This document shows positions 11,334 to 23,000 of a stretch of 64,000 nucleotides of DNA, piece by piece. The notes under the pieces were generated by a model. It did not search any database and was not told the DNA's origin. It worked only from the letters and a program-made list of their open reading frames with translations. Source of the DNA: Microcoleus sp. (GTDB taxonomy: Bacteria > Cyanobacteriota > Cyanobacteriia > Cyanobacteriales > Microcoleaceae); NCBI GenBank assembly GCA_052279835.1, contig CP181291.1, forward strand, positions 1,568,001-1,632,000, in the 5' to 3' direction. How positions within the stretch are numbered: the first letter of the stretch is position 1; every line of letters begins with the position of its first letter. Made by a program: the position numbers and the translations under genes.

Positions 11334-11582
11334 CTATACATTATTGCTGTGCAAGTCTTGAGGGGACTGAAACAGCGTCTCCAGATAAACTCTTGCCGCT
11401 TGGCGATAGCTACGGGAAGCCTCCGGGGTGCCACTGTCGGCATTCTGCAACAAAAACAGGGACAAGGAGGCACAGAACACTCGGTCTAGATCCCATTCAG
11501 GATGAGTTTCCAAGTAGGTTTTGAGGGAATCATGCAGCGTTTCGGGAATTTCGGCAAAAATACTGACTGTTGGGTTCATCAT
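11334..11582 (-). CDS. DUF2811-like small cyanobacterial protein
   Basis: AEIPETLH...YLETHPEWDLDRVF..SLSLFLLQN pattern. Confidence 0.75.
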   Translation of the reverse strand: MMNPTVSIFAEIPETLHDSLKTYLETHPEWDLDRVFCASLSLFLLQNADSGTPEASRSYRQAARVYLETLFQSPQDLHSNNV

Positions 11583-11890
11583 TTTTTTTAGTCTCGCTAA
11601 TAAATTGAAAATAGAACCCACCTTTCGGCCGGATACAGGTGTAGACACTGCCGAAACCAGAGCATTTTTTTTAGGTAGGTCGCATCATTGTGCGCTATGA
11701 GGGGGTAGGTTTGTCAATGTGGCGAAATATTACAAAGTCCTTTAGATAAAAAAAAGATTTACGAAATAATCAGCGTTTGAGTACATTTTTTGTTACATAT
11801 TTTTATATTCTTTAGAAAAACCGAAGGCTGGGGGAGCAGGTTAACAAAATCCCCAATACCGCAGCAAGATCCGACAGCGCCGTTGATTTC

Positions 11891-11963
11891 TGTGGAAAAC
11901 TTTGTCAAATCTGTGGAAAACCTGCAACTTGCCTGTGGAAACGCTGTGGAATATTGCGGAAAA
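11891..11963. promoter_or_regulatory. Cluster of DnaA-box-like 9-mers
   Basis: TGTGGAAAA at 11891 and 11912, variants at 11934, 11945, 11955; reverse complement of the cyanobacterial DnaA box TTTTCCACA. Confidence 0.6.
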
Positions 11964-12239
11964 ACTAAGGGAAAAAATAAGAATTGCGAAGGGGGATGGG
12001 TATGGTTGATGGTTGACCAGTGACTATTGACTGGAGTTTAGACTAAGCAGGGCTTGCTGAATAATCGATCGCAAATCAATAACAAGAGCGATCGATATAT
12101 TCAAGCCGAGGTAAACATGAGTTTTTCCTGCCTCAATTTGAGTTAAATATAAGCGCCGATTATGTTGATCCCAAAAACAGGGATTGTTTTCCCGGAACGG
12201 CATAAAAACACACAAAAAACCCGATACCACCAGGTAGAA

Positions 12240-12570
12240 ATGTTGATTGCTAAAAAGTTAGACAGGAAGATTCACCGACTTGAAAAAAAGCTAGCCAGTC
12301 AACAAAAAGACTCTAAGAGAAGAAATGCAAGCCACCTTCAGATTGCCAAATTGCACAACGAGATAGCAGACATCCGCACAGACTTCCTGCACAAACTGTC
12401 AACTAAAATAGTTAACGAAAACCAAGTGATTGTTTTGGAAGATTTCAATGTGTCAGGAATGGTCAATAATCGCAAGCTTGCTAGAGCAATTAACCAGCTT
12501 GCGATGGTATGAATTCCAAATGTTGTGCGAAGCAAAATCTGATAAGCTCGATCGCCAATTTAGGATCGTT
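12240..12570 (+). pseudogene. tnpB: Second internal tnpB fragment, frameshifted
   Basis: KKLDRKI...IAKLHNEIADIRTDFLHKLSTKIV...IVLEDF, then WYEF in another frame; paralogous to 10531-11108. Confidence 0.8.
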
Positions 12571-12652
12571 AGTCTAAACTCCAGTGATTTTACTAATAAG
12601 TGCTATTTTGCTATAAAATTTTAAATCAACACTCAACACTCACCACTTTTCA

Positions 12653-12844
12653 ATGAAATCTAAAACTCCTGCTTCCCCAACACCATCAAGCCCAGAGTCA
12701 GCCGAAAAAGCAGAACCTGCCTTTGGCTGGAACGCCTACGCGGAACAAATCAACGGACGATTTGCCATGGTGGGATTCGTGGCAATTCTGTTGCTCGAAT
12801 TCTTCACAGGCGAGAATTTTTTTACCTGGCTAGGTTTGGGTTAA
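12653..12844 (+). CDS. High-light-inducible protein (HliP/SCP)
   Basis: FGWNAYAEQINGRFAMVGF chlorophyll a/b-binding motif. Confidence 0.92.
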   Translation: MKSKTPASPTPSSPESAEKAEPAFGWNAYAEQINGRFAMVGFVAILLLEFFTGENFFTWLGLG

Positions 12845-12938
12845 ATCACTAAAAAACGGAAGGTGAAAAATAAATTATTATCCAATTTTCACCTTCCCCG
12901 TAGATGTTTGAAATCCGAGAACATCGATTTATAAATTA

Positions 12939-13544
12939 TTAATTCTTAATGACTTCCCGGACTCTCAAACTGTACTTTCCTTTACCTTTGGGCGGTGAAT
13001 CAAAAGCATTGACAATTACTTTGTAGCTACCACTGGCCGCCAAAGTAACAGTCAATTCCGAATTGGAGTTTTGCTCAGTAGCATCATCATTTTCTGCAAG
13101 CAACTCGCCTTTGGAGTTGAAGACAGCCAAATAAGTATCAAACTCGCCACTTTCTAAAGACACAACTACTGTCTGGCCTGTCGTGCCTTCAAAGGTATAT
13201 TCATCATATAAACTGCTGTCTGAGGGCAGTACGGAAGACTTAGCCGGAGTGAGTTCTCCTTGTTTATCCAAAATGACTTTAGACGATCCGGCAGCAGGAA
13301 TAGGCAAAGCTGAGGGAGTTGGTATTGCTGATGGCGAAGACTTCGGAGTAGCCTGAGCTAAAACATGATTGATATCCCTGTTAGTATGAGGAGCATTCTG
13401 ATAAAATCCTGCGGCAATTAGGGTAGAATTACCGGGCGCTAAAACTCCACTCGTATCGAAAACTGGCGATGAAGCAACGGGCTTGGCTGAAACAGTAGCT
13501 AGCAGAGCAATTGGCGCGATCGCCCAAAATCTAACTTGACGCAT
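12939..13544 (-). CDS. Secreted PPC-domain protein
   Basis: Signal-like N-terminus; YDEYTFEG...FDTYL...LAENDD...G.Y.VIV domain, paralogous to the neighbouring protease tail. Confidence 0.75.
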   Translation of the reverse strand: MRQVRFWAIAPIALLATVSAKPVASSPVFDTSGVLAPGNSTLIAAGFYQNAPHTNRDINHVLAQATPKSSPSAIPTPSALPIPAAGSSKVILDKQGELTPAKSSVLPSDSSLYDEYTFEGTTGQTVVVSLESGEFDTYLAVFNSKGELLAENDDATEQNSNSELTVTLAASGSYKVIVNAFDSPPKGKGKYSLRVREVIKN

Positions 13545-13562
13545 GAATTACCTCAGTTTTTG

Positions 13563-13710
13563 ATGAAGGAAGAAGGAAGAAGGAAGAAGGAAGAAGAACC
13601 CTCCCCTGCCCCCCCCAAGGGGGGAAATTCAGGCAGAAGGAAGAAGAACCCCCCCTGCCCCCCCCAATGGGGGAAATTCAGGCAGAAGGAAGAAGGAAGA
13701 AGAACCCTCC
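13563..13710. repeat. GAAGGAA heptamer repeats with C/G-run palindromes
   Basis: Tandem AAGAAGG units and two copies of CCCTGCCCCCCC..GGGGGAAATTCAGGCAG. Confidence 0.7.
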
Positions 13711-13819
13711 CCTACCCCAGGGCGGTTTCATTCTGCAAAAAACGAGGGCTTTGTAGGGGTAGTGCCCCCGTGCCTACCCCCCCACTCATAACTAATTCCC
13801 AATTACTAATTTTCAAATT

Positions 13820-15268
13820 TTAGCGGACTGTTAGAGTGTAACGCCCCCGGCCCGAAGCGTCGTAAGCATTGACAATGACACGATAGCGACCCGTAGCGGG
13901 TAAAGTAACGCTTAGAGACGCATTTTTAGTCGCATCGCTCTCATCATCATTTTCTGCTACTAATCGACCATTAGGGCCAAACAGAGCCACATAGGGATCG
14001 AACTCTTTACTTTCGAGGGAAATATCCACCGACTGACCCGATCGACCTTCAAAAGTATACTCGCGATACAGACTGTTGTCAGAGGGTAGTACCTGAGCTC
14101 CTGGGGCTAAAGTACCTTCTTCTTGCAAAATCGCCCTGGCCGCTTGGGTAGAAGCTGCGGCTTTCAGTTCTAGTGTATAAGCTCCCGACTGCCTGGCCTG
14201 GTTGGAATTTGCCAATAAGGTGTAAGTGCCGTCTGCTGGCAGTCTGACTGTAATTCGGGCATTGTTACTGCCTGCGCCGTCATCATCTTGAGCGATTTGC
14301 CGCCGATCGGGGCCGAGCAAGATTAAATAAGAGTCAATTTCTTGACTTTTCATTTCAATTGTGATTCGCTGACCTGCTTTTCCTTCAAAGGAGTAGAGGT
14401 CGAAAAAGCTGTTGTCTCCCGGCAGAACGCTAGACTGGTTGGTGAGTTTGCCACTGATTGCTGGCCCGTTGAGTGCTAGTTTTGCAGGTGATTTGTTACC
14501 AAAGGGCGATCGTGTCTGAGCAACGCGGGGAGCTCGCCCTTCTCTTACCGCCGTCAGGAAAGCGGGTACTTTGTCTATGGAAATGGCAAAACCGATGCCG
14601 ATATTGCCTCCGCCCTGACCGCGAGTAAAAATAGAAGTGTTGACTCCGATTAATTCTCCCGAACTGTTAAGCAGTGGACCTCCTGAATTGCCGGGATTGA
14701 TGGCTGCGTCTGTTTGAATCAAGCTTCGTTGTTGGTCGATGCGGCTGACAATTCCGACGGTAAAAGTACCTTGAAATCGACCGAAAGGATTGCCGATCGC
14801 AAATGCTTGTTGTCCCACTTTCACCGAACCGGGACGCGCTAAAGGAATTGTCGGTAAATTGTTTTGACCCCGCATTTTAACTACGGCTAAGTCTAAGCCT
14901 TCTTCCCCGAATCCAATGACATCGGCTGGGACTTTTTTGCCATCTGACAAAATTATATTGACAGTACCGCCGGCGGAAACAACATGGGCGTTGGTTAAAA
15001 CCATGCCGTCGGGGCTGATAATTGTGCCGCTACCGTTGGATTTATCTGTATCGACGGTAACAACCGCCGGACTGGCTCGTTCGTAAACGCGAATATTAGT
15101 TTGTTCTTCGATATTTTGGGCGATCGCACCCTGTCTATCCAGCGACTTAAATTCAGTAACATCTGGTGATGACTGCACAGGGGATGTGGTAACAACGGCG
15201 GTGGCGCTGGCTGAAACCCCCATTGTTAAAATTCCCGATATTGCTAAACTTAAAAGTTTGAAATTCAT
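13820..15268 (-). CDS. Trypsin-like (S1C/HtrA-type) serine protease with two C-terminal PPC domains
   Basis: LTNAHVV, DLAVV, IQTDAAINPGNSGGPL; two PPC repeats instead of PDZ; ATG 15268 gives a signal peptide. Confidence 0.88.
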   Translation of the reverse strand: MNFKLLSLAISGILTMGVSASATAVVTTSPVQSSPDVTEFKSLDRQGAIAQNIEEQTNIRVYERASPAVVTVDTDKSNGSGTIISPDGMVLTNAHVVSAGGTVNIILSDGKKVPADVIGFGEEGLDLAVVKMRGQNNLPTIPLARPGSVKVGQQAFAIGNPFGRFQGTFTVGIVSRIDQQRSLIQTDAAINPGNSGGPLLNSSGELIGVNTSIFTRGQGGGNIGIGFAISIDKVPAFLTAVREGRAPRVAQTRSPFGNKSPAKLALNGPAISGKLTNQSSVLPGDNSFFDLYSFEGKAGQRITIEMKSQEIDSYLILLGPDRRQIAQDDDGAGSNNARITVRLPADGTYTLLANSNQARQSGAYTLELKAAASTQAARAILQEEGTLAPGAQVLPSDNSLYREYTFEGRSGQSVDISLESKEFDPYVALFGPNGRLVAENDDESDATKNASLSVTLPATGRYRVIVNAYDASGRGRYTLTVR

Positions 15269-15475
15269 GGCGATCGATGAGTATTTAGCTGTCGGTTGTG
15301 ATCTGTGTTGTTTCTGCGTTGATCTGCGGTTTCCCACTCCCCATTCACAGTTTTTTGATCGTAATTCTCCGATCGCGATCGCCAGTAGATGGGCATAAAT
15401 CAAATGTAACTGGTATTTTTCCGGTGATATTGACACCAGAAATATTAAATTTCACCCATCTACTTAGCACTTCCC

Positions 15476-16336
15476 CTAGTTGTCGAAATTGGGGGAATTA
15501 TCCGGTTGGTCTTCCGGGTGTTCTACTGGTCGATACTCGACGTAATCTGAGGGTGGTGCTTGCACATCCCGGCTACTAGGGCGAGACTTCCCTCCTTCGG
15601 CGGGACGAGTTTTTTTGGTTCTCGGTGTCCCATCGCTGCGGTTATCGGAAGTTGGGGGGCGGCTGTTACGGCTGCGAGTCGGTTTTTCATCGGGATTGTC
15701 TGAAATGTCCCAACGGTCTGAGCGGTCCGAACGCTCCGATCGGTCCGAGCGCTCCGATCGGTCTGAGCGGTCCGATCGCTCTGGGGCCTGGTTTTCGGGG
15801 CGAGAGGGGCGTTTGCGGGACGATCGCTCAGGTCCATCGGGTTTAGATATATCAATGCTGCTGTTGCGACGGTCGGGACGGCGGCGAGGTTCGTCGTCGT
15901 AGCCTTCCCGCGAAGCACGATAATCTTGACTACCTCTAATCCGGGGACGCTGGGGATAGTCTTCCTCTGGTTCTAGCTGCTCAATGTCAGCATCGTAGCC
16001 CTCATAACCGTAGGCGTTGCTGACGGGTCTATCTTCATCGATATACTGTGCCCGGCTTTTAGCTTGGGCGGTGGTTGCTCCCCGCAGCTTAATACTTTCG
16101 GCTGCAAAAAATATGGCGGAACCGGTGAGCATGAATTGACCAAAGGCCAGAATTGGATCTAGCCGCCAGCCTTGAAATAATAGAATACCGCCACAAAGTA
16201 GACCTACTGCTGCAAAAAAAATATCGTGGTCTCGTGCTAGCTTGGGACGCCAAGATCGTAGAAAGTAAAGTCCCGCGCCAGCTACTGCTAGGATGATCCC
16301 CAGCAGGCTGCTCCAGTTTAATCCTAAATTAACCAT
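15476..16336 (-). CDS. ycf66: Ycf66 family protein
   Basis: LYFLRSWRPKLARDHDIFF...QGWRLDPIL N-terminal TM domain and charged low-complexity tail. Confidence 0.9.
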   Translation of the reverse strand: MVNLGLNWSSLLGIILAVAGAGLYFLRSWRPKLARDHDIFFAAVGLLCGGILLFQGWRLDPILAFGQFMLTGSAIFFAAESIKLRGATTAQAKSRAQYIDEDRPVSNAYGYEGYDADIEQLEPEEDYPQRPRIRGSQDYRASREGYDDEPRRRPDRRNSSIDISKPDGPERSSRKRPSRPENQAPERSDRSDRSERSDRSERSDRSDRWDISDNPDEKPTRSRNSRPPTSDNRSDGTPRTKKTRPAEGGKSRPSSRDVQAPPSDYVEYRPVEHPEDQPDNSPNFDN

Positions 16337-16487
16337 TACCCTATCTCCTATTTCTGTTCTATATTAGCGAGTTAGATGTTTACATTTTTACTTAAATCTG
16401 CTATTCCGACTTGGCTGGATGAGGGTCTCATCCGCTTTGCAGCTTGGGAATTGACATAATATTGACTAATACAGAGTCTGAACTGCT

Positions 16488-16623
16488 CATATAAAATCCT
16501 GTCTTCATCGTCCTGTATTAAACTCTCTCTTCTCTTCCTCTTTCCCCCCTTGGGGGGGGCAGGGGGGGGGTCGTCCTTAGCGCCTTCGCGGTTAAATCAT
16601 TCCGATACAACCGGAATTGATAT
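16488..16623. repeat. Dispersed MITE-like repeat (related copy inverted at ~43360-43461)
   Basis: Shared blocks CATCGTCCTGTATT and GCGGTTARATCATTCCGAT. Confidence 0.55.
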
Positions 16624-16819
16624 CACCGGGCTACAGGTAGAGCGAGGGACTTTCCGGCGGTGTCAGTTAACGGGAAAAACCTCAGCTTGGCAGTTCTAGA
16701 AGGTTTTGCCTTCTGAGTTGCTTACAGCCGAGGTTTCGGAACTTTGGAAATGCCCGACTTCAAGCCATCGCTACAGCCGACAATTGACTTTGACACCGGA
16801 CTTGGATCTTTACAGATGT

Positions 16820-16939
16820 TTAGGTGCGCTTAATTTTGTCTTTTTGGCTGATGAAGATTAGGGCGATCGTTGCTGGAATTACCACCAAACTAACGCCCAC
16901 CAGCAGGCTGTACAGAAAATTCGCGAGTGAAGGAGTCAT
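16820..16939 (-). CDS. psbX: Photosystem II protein PsbX, 39 aa, absent from ORF track
   Basis: Hand translation MTPSLANFLYSLLVGVSLVVIPATIALIFISQKDKIKRT; adjacent to ycf66. Confidence 0.92.
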   Translation of the reverse strand: MTPSLANFLYSLLVGVSLVVIPATIALIFISQKDKIKRT

Positions 16940-17065
16940 AGATTCAAAGCCTTTGTTACAACAATTTGATTTTTATTAATTTTATACTTTCGATCGCACC
17001 AGGGAAACAGTTAAAATTATGAATACCTGACTTAACAAAACTTAAAATTTCGACACAATAACTCT

Positions 17066-17350
17066 ATGAATGGTATTACCGTTACAAGCTGGATTCTGGG
17101 CTTTGTCCTAGTATTGATGACTTTGTTGTTCATTTTTCGCATCGTCTTGACTTGGTATCCCCAGGTCAATCTCAGTCGATTGCCGTTGAGTCTGATTGCT
17201 TGGCCCACAGAACCTTTTTTAGTCGCTACCAGAAAGATTGTACCGCCGATCGGCGGGGTGGACATTACGCCGATTATTTGGGTTGGTATCTGTAGCTTGC
17301 TGCGAGAAATGATTCTCGGTCAGCAGGGGCTACTGACGATGATGATGTGA
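17066..17350 (+). CDS. YggT/YlmG family membrane protein
   Basis: RIVLTWYP...TEPFL...IVPPIGGVDITPI. Confidence 0.88.
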   Translation: MNGITVTSWILGFVLVLMTLLFIFRIVLTWYPQVNLSRLPLSLIAWPTEPFLVATRKIVPPIGGVDITPIIWVGICSLLREMILGQQGLLTMMM

Positions 17351-17351
17351 G

Positions 17352-17570
17352 AGTCATTAGTCAGCAGTCATTAGTCATTAGTCATTAGTCAGCAGTCATT
17401 AGTCATTAGTGGGATTAAGGTGGGCAATGCCAGCCTGGCCCTCGTCAATCTGGCGAAGAAACTCCTTAGACGCTGGAAATTTCCTATCTTGCGATAGTCA
17501 AGACTGCTGACTAATGACTGCTAACTAATGACTAATGACTAATGACTAATGACTAATGACGAATGACTAC
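17352..17570. repeat. STRR heptamer arrays (AGTCATT / AATGACT) in inverted orientation
   Basis: Arrays at ~17352-17410 and ~17505-17570 between convergent genes. Confidence 0.8.
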
Positions 17571-18922
17571 TAACTGTTTTGGCCCATGAATTGTTCTACG
17601 AAATTGGTGTAAACTTCGCCCCTGAGAAATTCCGGGCTGTCGAGGATTTTTTGGTGGAAACTGAGGGTGGTGGGAACACCGGTAATCGCACATTCCCGCA
17701 GTGCTCGTTTCATCCTGCGAATGGCTGAAGGTCGATCGCGCCCCCAGACTATCAACTTACCAATTAAAGAATCGTAGTAAGCCGGTATTTCATAATCAGT
17801 GTAAACGTGAGAGTCCATGCGCACCCCTGGGCCGCCGGGAGGCAAAAAGCCCGTGATTATGCCCGGATGGGGCCGGAAATTGCGATCGGGGTCTTCGGCA
17901 TTGATCCGACACTCGATCGCATGGCCGTTAAGGATTACTTGGTTTTGCTTGATTTGCAGTTTTTCTCCTTGGGCGATCCGAATTTGTTCCGCGATCAAGT
18001 CAAGGCCTGTAATCATCTCCGTCACGGTATGTTCTACCTGAATCCGGGTGTTCATTTCCATGAAGTAGAACTTGCCCGATTTGTCAAGCAAAAATTCCAC
18101 TGTTCCTGCACCCGTGTAGTTGATGGATTTGGCCGCGGCAATGGCGGCGTGACCCATTTGATCTCGCAGTTTCTGGCTGAGGGCTGGGCTGGGGGCTTCT
18201 TCCAGGAGTTTTTGGTGTCGGCGCTGAATCGAACAATCTCTTTCGCCGAGGTGGATGACGTTACCGTAGTTGTCGGCGAGGATTTGGATTTCGATGTGCC
18301 GGGGTTTTTCGATGAATTTTTCTAGGTAAAGTCCCGGATTGCCGAAGGCTGCATCGGCTTCGCCTTGGGCTGCACTAAATAGTTTGGGGAGTTCCGATGG
18401 TTCTCTGACTAGCCTCATGCCACGGCCTCCACCGCCGGCTGTGGCTTTGATCATCACAGGATAGCCGATTTCACGGGCGATCGACAAAGCTTCGTGTTCA
18501 TCCGCCAGCAATCCTTCACTACCGGGAACTGTGGGGACTTTCACCCGCTGCATAGTTTCTTTAGCCGTGGATTTGTCGCCCATTGCCCGCATCGCAGCAG
18601 GACTAGGACCAATGAACGTAATTTGATGATCGGCGCAGATTTCCGCAAATCGGGCATTTTCCGCGAGAAAGCCATAGCCAGGGTGAATGGCTGCGGCATT
18701 CCGCGTCAGGGCTGCGGCGATGATGTTGGGAATGTTTAAATAGCTTTTGCTGCTGGTGGGGGGGCCGATACAAACGGCTTCGTCTGCCAACTGGACGTGC
18801 AAGGCGTGCTTGTCTACGGTGGAGTGAACGGCGACCGTGGCAATCCCCATTTCCTCGCAGGTGCGTAGTATGCGGAGGGCGATTTCTCCGCGATTAGCGA
18901 TTAAAATTTTCGAGAACCCCAT
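17570..18922 (-). CDS. accC: Acetyl-CoA carboxylase biotin carboxylase
   Basis: [47 protein letters not shown]. Confidence 0.97.
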   Translation of the reverse strand: MGFSKILIANRGEIALRILRTCEEMGIATVAVHSTVDKHALHVQLADEAVCIGPPTSSKSYLNIPNIIAAALTRNAAAIHPGYGFLAENARFAEICADHQITFIGPSPAAMRAMGDKSTAKETMQRVKVPTVPGSEGLLADEHEALSIAREIGYPVMIKATAGGGGRGMRLVREPSELPKLFSAAQGEADAAFGNPGLYLEKFIEKPRHIEIQILADNYGNVIHLGERDCSIQRRHQKLLEEAPSPALSQKLRDQMGHAAIAAAKSINYTGAGTVEFLLDKSGKFYFMEMNTRIQVEHTVTEMITGLDLIAEQIRIAQGEKLQIKQNQVILNGHAIECRINAEDPDRNFRPHPGIITGFLPPGGPGVRMDSHVYTDYEIPAYYDSLIGKLIVWGRDRPSAIRRMKRALRECAITGVPTTLSFHQKILDSPEFLRGEVYTNFVEQFMGQNS

Positions 18923-19150
18923 CTTCGGTGCTTATTCACTCAATATTCTGTAGAATAATCCCTTTCGGTATCTTCTGGATAATGGTTTCCCATAAATTCT
19001 TAACAAAAATTTATTTTACAATTTACTGATAATGGTGCTATGATTTTAAATCGGTGGTCTCAAGGGGCTAGTCACAAGTTAAAAGTCAGGAACCTCAACC
19101 TGTGCATCTTTAACTCGTAACGCAAAAAATCCCAGAGATAGTCAAAAAGA

Positions 19151-19234
19151 GCGGATGTGGCGGAATTGGTATACGCGCACGCTTGAGGTGCGTGTGGCAT
19201 TATGTCCTTGCGAGTTCGAGTCTCGCCATCCGCA
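19151..19234 (+). tRNA. tRNA-Leu(GAG)
   Basis: GCGGATG acceptor stem, anticodon arm CACGC-TTGAGGT-GCGTG, long variable arm, TTCGAGT T-loop. Confidence 0.93.
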
Positions 19235-19309
19235 TTGAATAGGTAAAACAACTGTTGGCAGTTTTTGCTGTTGGCAGTTGTTTTGTTTTTGATTGTGATT
19301 GTGAGTGGC

Positions 19310-19915
19310 CAGAAACCGGGTTTTTTGGAGATATTTTGTTACTATCGATAGAAATCGTAAAAACCCGGTTTCTTGGATTGTGATTGTGAGTGGCCAGAAA
19401 CCGAGTTTTTTTGAGAATACTTCGCCAACAGTCTCTAGAAATCGTGGCTACACAAACAATGTCCGCCTTCGCGGACTAAGATTGAATTAACATCATGTTT
19501 TGTCTTTCTTTTTAGCGGGAATTAGACTGAAAGCGGAAGCAGATACACTGTTTGCACAAGGCGATCGGCAGAATAAAATCAGTCAATTTCGAGAAGCTTT
19601 GCAGTTTTATGAACAGGCATTAACTATTTATCGGGAAATAGGCGATCGCCAGCGAGAAGCTGCTTCCCTCCGCAATTTGGGCAGCGCTTACAAATCCCTA
19701 GGGCAATTCCAGAGGGCGATCGAATTTCACCAACAGTCTTTAGAGATTTCACGGAAGACATAAACCAAATAAACCTGGTTTTTTGCAGTTTTTAGGCGAT
19801 GTATGAATATTATCGGAAAAAACCCGGTTTCTCGCCCCACCCCAAATCTCAGAAACCGGGTTTTTAGCCAAATCATCGACTGTAATCAACTATTCTGGAA
19901 AAAACCCGGTTTCTC
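19310..19915. repeat. REP-like palindrome pairs AGAAACCGGGTTT / AAACCCGGTTTCT
   Basis: Several copies here and at ~25168-25317, ~53818-54000 and ~63901. Confidence 0.75.
19500..19763 (+). pseudogene. TPR gene fragment
   Basis: Paralogous to the first TPRs of the 20020 gene (KAEAD.L..QG..Q..ISQFREALQ); no credible start. Confidence 0.65.
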
Positions 19916-20019
19916 GCCACCCCGCGCATCCATGCGAAAAAAACTTGCCATCCCCCGCCCCAAACAGATGAGTTTCACCGATAATTAACAGAGCGAACCA
20001 TCCCAAATCCCAAATCGCC

Positions 20020-23000
20020 ATGAACTCAGAACGCCAACAAGCCTATCTCAACCTGATAAATCAACTGCTAAATAGTCCTAGCGGCGATGAAGCGGAGATA
20101 TTGAAAACTCACCCGGAATTGCTGGATGATGGCTTGGTGGCGGCAATGCTAGAAGAGGCTGATAATTTTAGAGAAAAAGGCGAACTAAAAAATGCTAATC
20201 GGTTGAAAAATTTTGCCGGGATACTGGGTAAGGTGGATGGCGACTTCCTAGCGGTAATTCCACAGAAAGCAGAAGCAGATAGACTGTTAGACCAAGGAGC
20301 TCAGCAGTATAATATCAGTCAATTTCGAGAAGCTTTGCAGTCTTGGGAGCAGGCATTAATTATTTATAAGGAAATAGGCGATCGCAAAGGAGAAGCCAAT
20401 TCCTTGTGCGGTTTGGGCAATGCTTACTATTCCCTAGGACAATATCACAAAGCTATCGAATTTCACCAACAGTGTTTATGGATTTCACAGAAACTTAAAT
20501 TTCGCGATGAAGAAGCTAGTAGCCTCGGCAATTTGGGTTTAGCTTATCAAGACTTAGGAGATCTTGACCAAGCGATCAAATTTCACCAACAGTCTTTAGA
20601 TATTTCACGGGCAATGGAAAATCGCCAAGAAGAAGCTAATTCCCTCGGCAATTTGGGCGCTGTTTACTATTTTCTAGGGCAATATCACAGCGCGATCGAA
20701 TATCAGAAACAGTGTTTAGCGATTTCACGGGCAATGGAAAATCGCCAAGGAGAGGCTGCTTCCCTCGGCAATTTGGGCTTGACTTACGATTCCCTAGGTC
20801 AATACGAGATGGCGATCAAATTTTATGAACGTCAATTAGAGATTTCACAACAAATCGGAAATCGCCTAGCAGAAGCTCAAGCCCTCAATAATTTAAGTAA
20901 TGCTTACAAATCCGTAGGGAAATACAAAAGCGCGATTAACAATCAAGAAAATTATTTAACGATTTCACGGGAACTCGGAAATCGACAAGGAGAAGCCAGT
21001 TTCTCTCGGTAATTTGGGAATAGCTTACGATTCTCTAGGTCAATTTGCCAGGGCGATTGAATTTTACCAACAGTTATTAGAGATTTCACGAGAAATCGGA
21101 GATCGCACAGGAGAAGCGGCTTCTCTCGGCAATTTGGGTATTTCTTACCGTTCCCTAGGGCAGTACCAAGGGGCGATCGAGTTTTACGAACAGTCTTTAG
21201 AGATTTCACGGGAACTCGGAAATCGCCAAGGAGAAGCTATTTCCCTCAGAAATTTGGGCAATGCTTACCAATCGCTAGGGCAATTACACAAGGCGATAGA
21301 ATTTTATGAACAGTCTTTAGAGATATCACAGGCAATCTGTGACAGGCTGGGACTTGCTAATTTGCTCGCAAGTCTAGGCAATGCTTACTATTTGCTAGAA
21401 ATTTACCATAAAGCGTTCGAGTTCTATCGACAGTATTTAGAAATATCACAGGACATAGGCAATTCCATAATAAATTCTTATTTCGGAAATAATATAGACA
21501 ACGCTTTGCTCCAATACAACCAACTTGTAGGAGCAGAAATAACACTTTACGATTTAATCAATATTCATGAAAATGTACGCTCTAAGTTAGTTAATGATGA
21601 CTATAAAGTTTTAATCTTTGAAACTCAGGTAAGTACCTACCTCCTGCTGCAAAAAGTTCTAGTTGCTAACGCTAAGTTTGATAATGCTCTTGAAATATCT
21701 GAAATGGGTCGTACCCGTATCTTAGTCGAGTTATTGCAACAAACCCTATTAACAAATGAATTACCAACCAATGACCAAACAAATAGATTATCCATCCCCC
21801 AAATCCAACAAATAGCCCGCGACAGAAACTCCACAATAGTTGAATATTCCATTGTCAATCCAGAAATTTACATCTGGGTAATCCAATTAAACGGCAACAT
21901 CACCCATCGCGCCGCCAACCTCCAACCCCTCAACCAACAAAACCAAACCCTCAAACAAATCATCCTCCAAACCCGCGTCTCCATCGGCACCGTAGAAACC
22001 GACGACGCAGGCAACAAAATTCAGCTAGAATCCCAGTACAAACGAGACGAAACAGGCGGCTTTCCCCTACTGCAACTCCTCCATCAAATCCTGATCGAAC
22101 CAATCATCGACTTACTCCCCACCGATGCCAATTCCCCCATCATCTTCGTCCCCCACTACGACTTATTTTTAGTTCCATTTACCGCCTTGCAAGATAGCAA
22201 CAACCGCTACCTAATCGAAAATCATACCATCCTCACCAGCCCATCCATCCAAGTATTAGAACTCACCCGCGAACATCAAAACCGAGTCCGAGGATTGAGA
22301 CAAGCCGCCCTAATTGTCGGCGATCCAACCATCCACCCAAACTTCCAATTAGACCCCCACAACCTCAAGCAAATCCCCAGGGCAAAAGAAGCCGCCGAAG
22401 CCATCGCCGCCACTTTACAAACCCAAGCAATTAGCGGAGACAATGCCACACAAGTCGCGATTTTAGACAGAATGCTAAACACGCGCATCGTCCATTTATC
22501 CGCCCACGGACTCATCGACGATTTCCAAAGTTCCGGCATTCCTGGCGCGATTATTTTAGCACCATCGGGAGACGACGACGGCGCAATTCATGCCGTGGAT
22601 ATCCTGCAATTAAAACTCGATTCCGAACTCGTAGTATTGAGCGCGTGCAGCACCGGGCGCGGTAAAATCACCGGAGATGGAGTCATCGGATTGTCGCGCT
22701 GCTTCATCCTCGCCGGAGTCCCCAGCATCATCGTTTCCCTGTGGAATATGGGAGTGATTTCAGCCAAATTGCTAATGACGGAATTCTACCAAAATTTAGC
22801 ACGGGGCGACAATCGAGCAGCGGCCTTGCGGTGTGCTATGCTAACCACAAAAGCTCGATTTCCGAGTCCGAAAGCTTGGGCTGCATTTACGCTAATTGGC
22901 GAAACCGAAACTTTCCCGCTGTCAACTGCAAAAATAGATTTAAGGAGATTAGTCATGTCACTTCCCGATGATGCGAAACCCGAAGATATTGTGGCGGCTT

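Noticed and set aside
11790..12023. 77-aa ORF with VEN repeats
   Set aside because: The repeats are the translation of the TGTGGAAAA array, which is better explained as a DNA motif
10531..12624. Active TnpB/Cas12-like nuclease
   Set aside because: Both copies lack the N-terminal half including the first RuvC motif; the second is also frameshifted
13536..13823. 95-aa ORF, and likewise ORFs at 19305, 19803, 23443, 25094, 53765, 58412 and 59722
   Set aside because: They are translations of repeats or MITEs (KNPVS, PPKSPL, EEGRR patterns)
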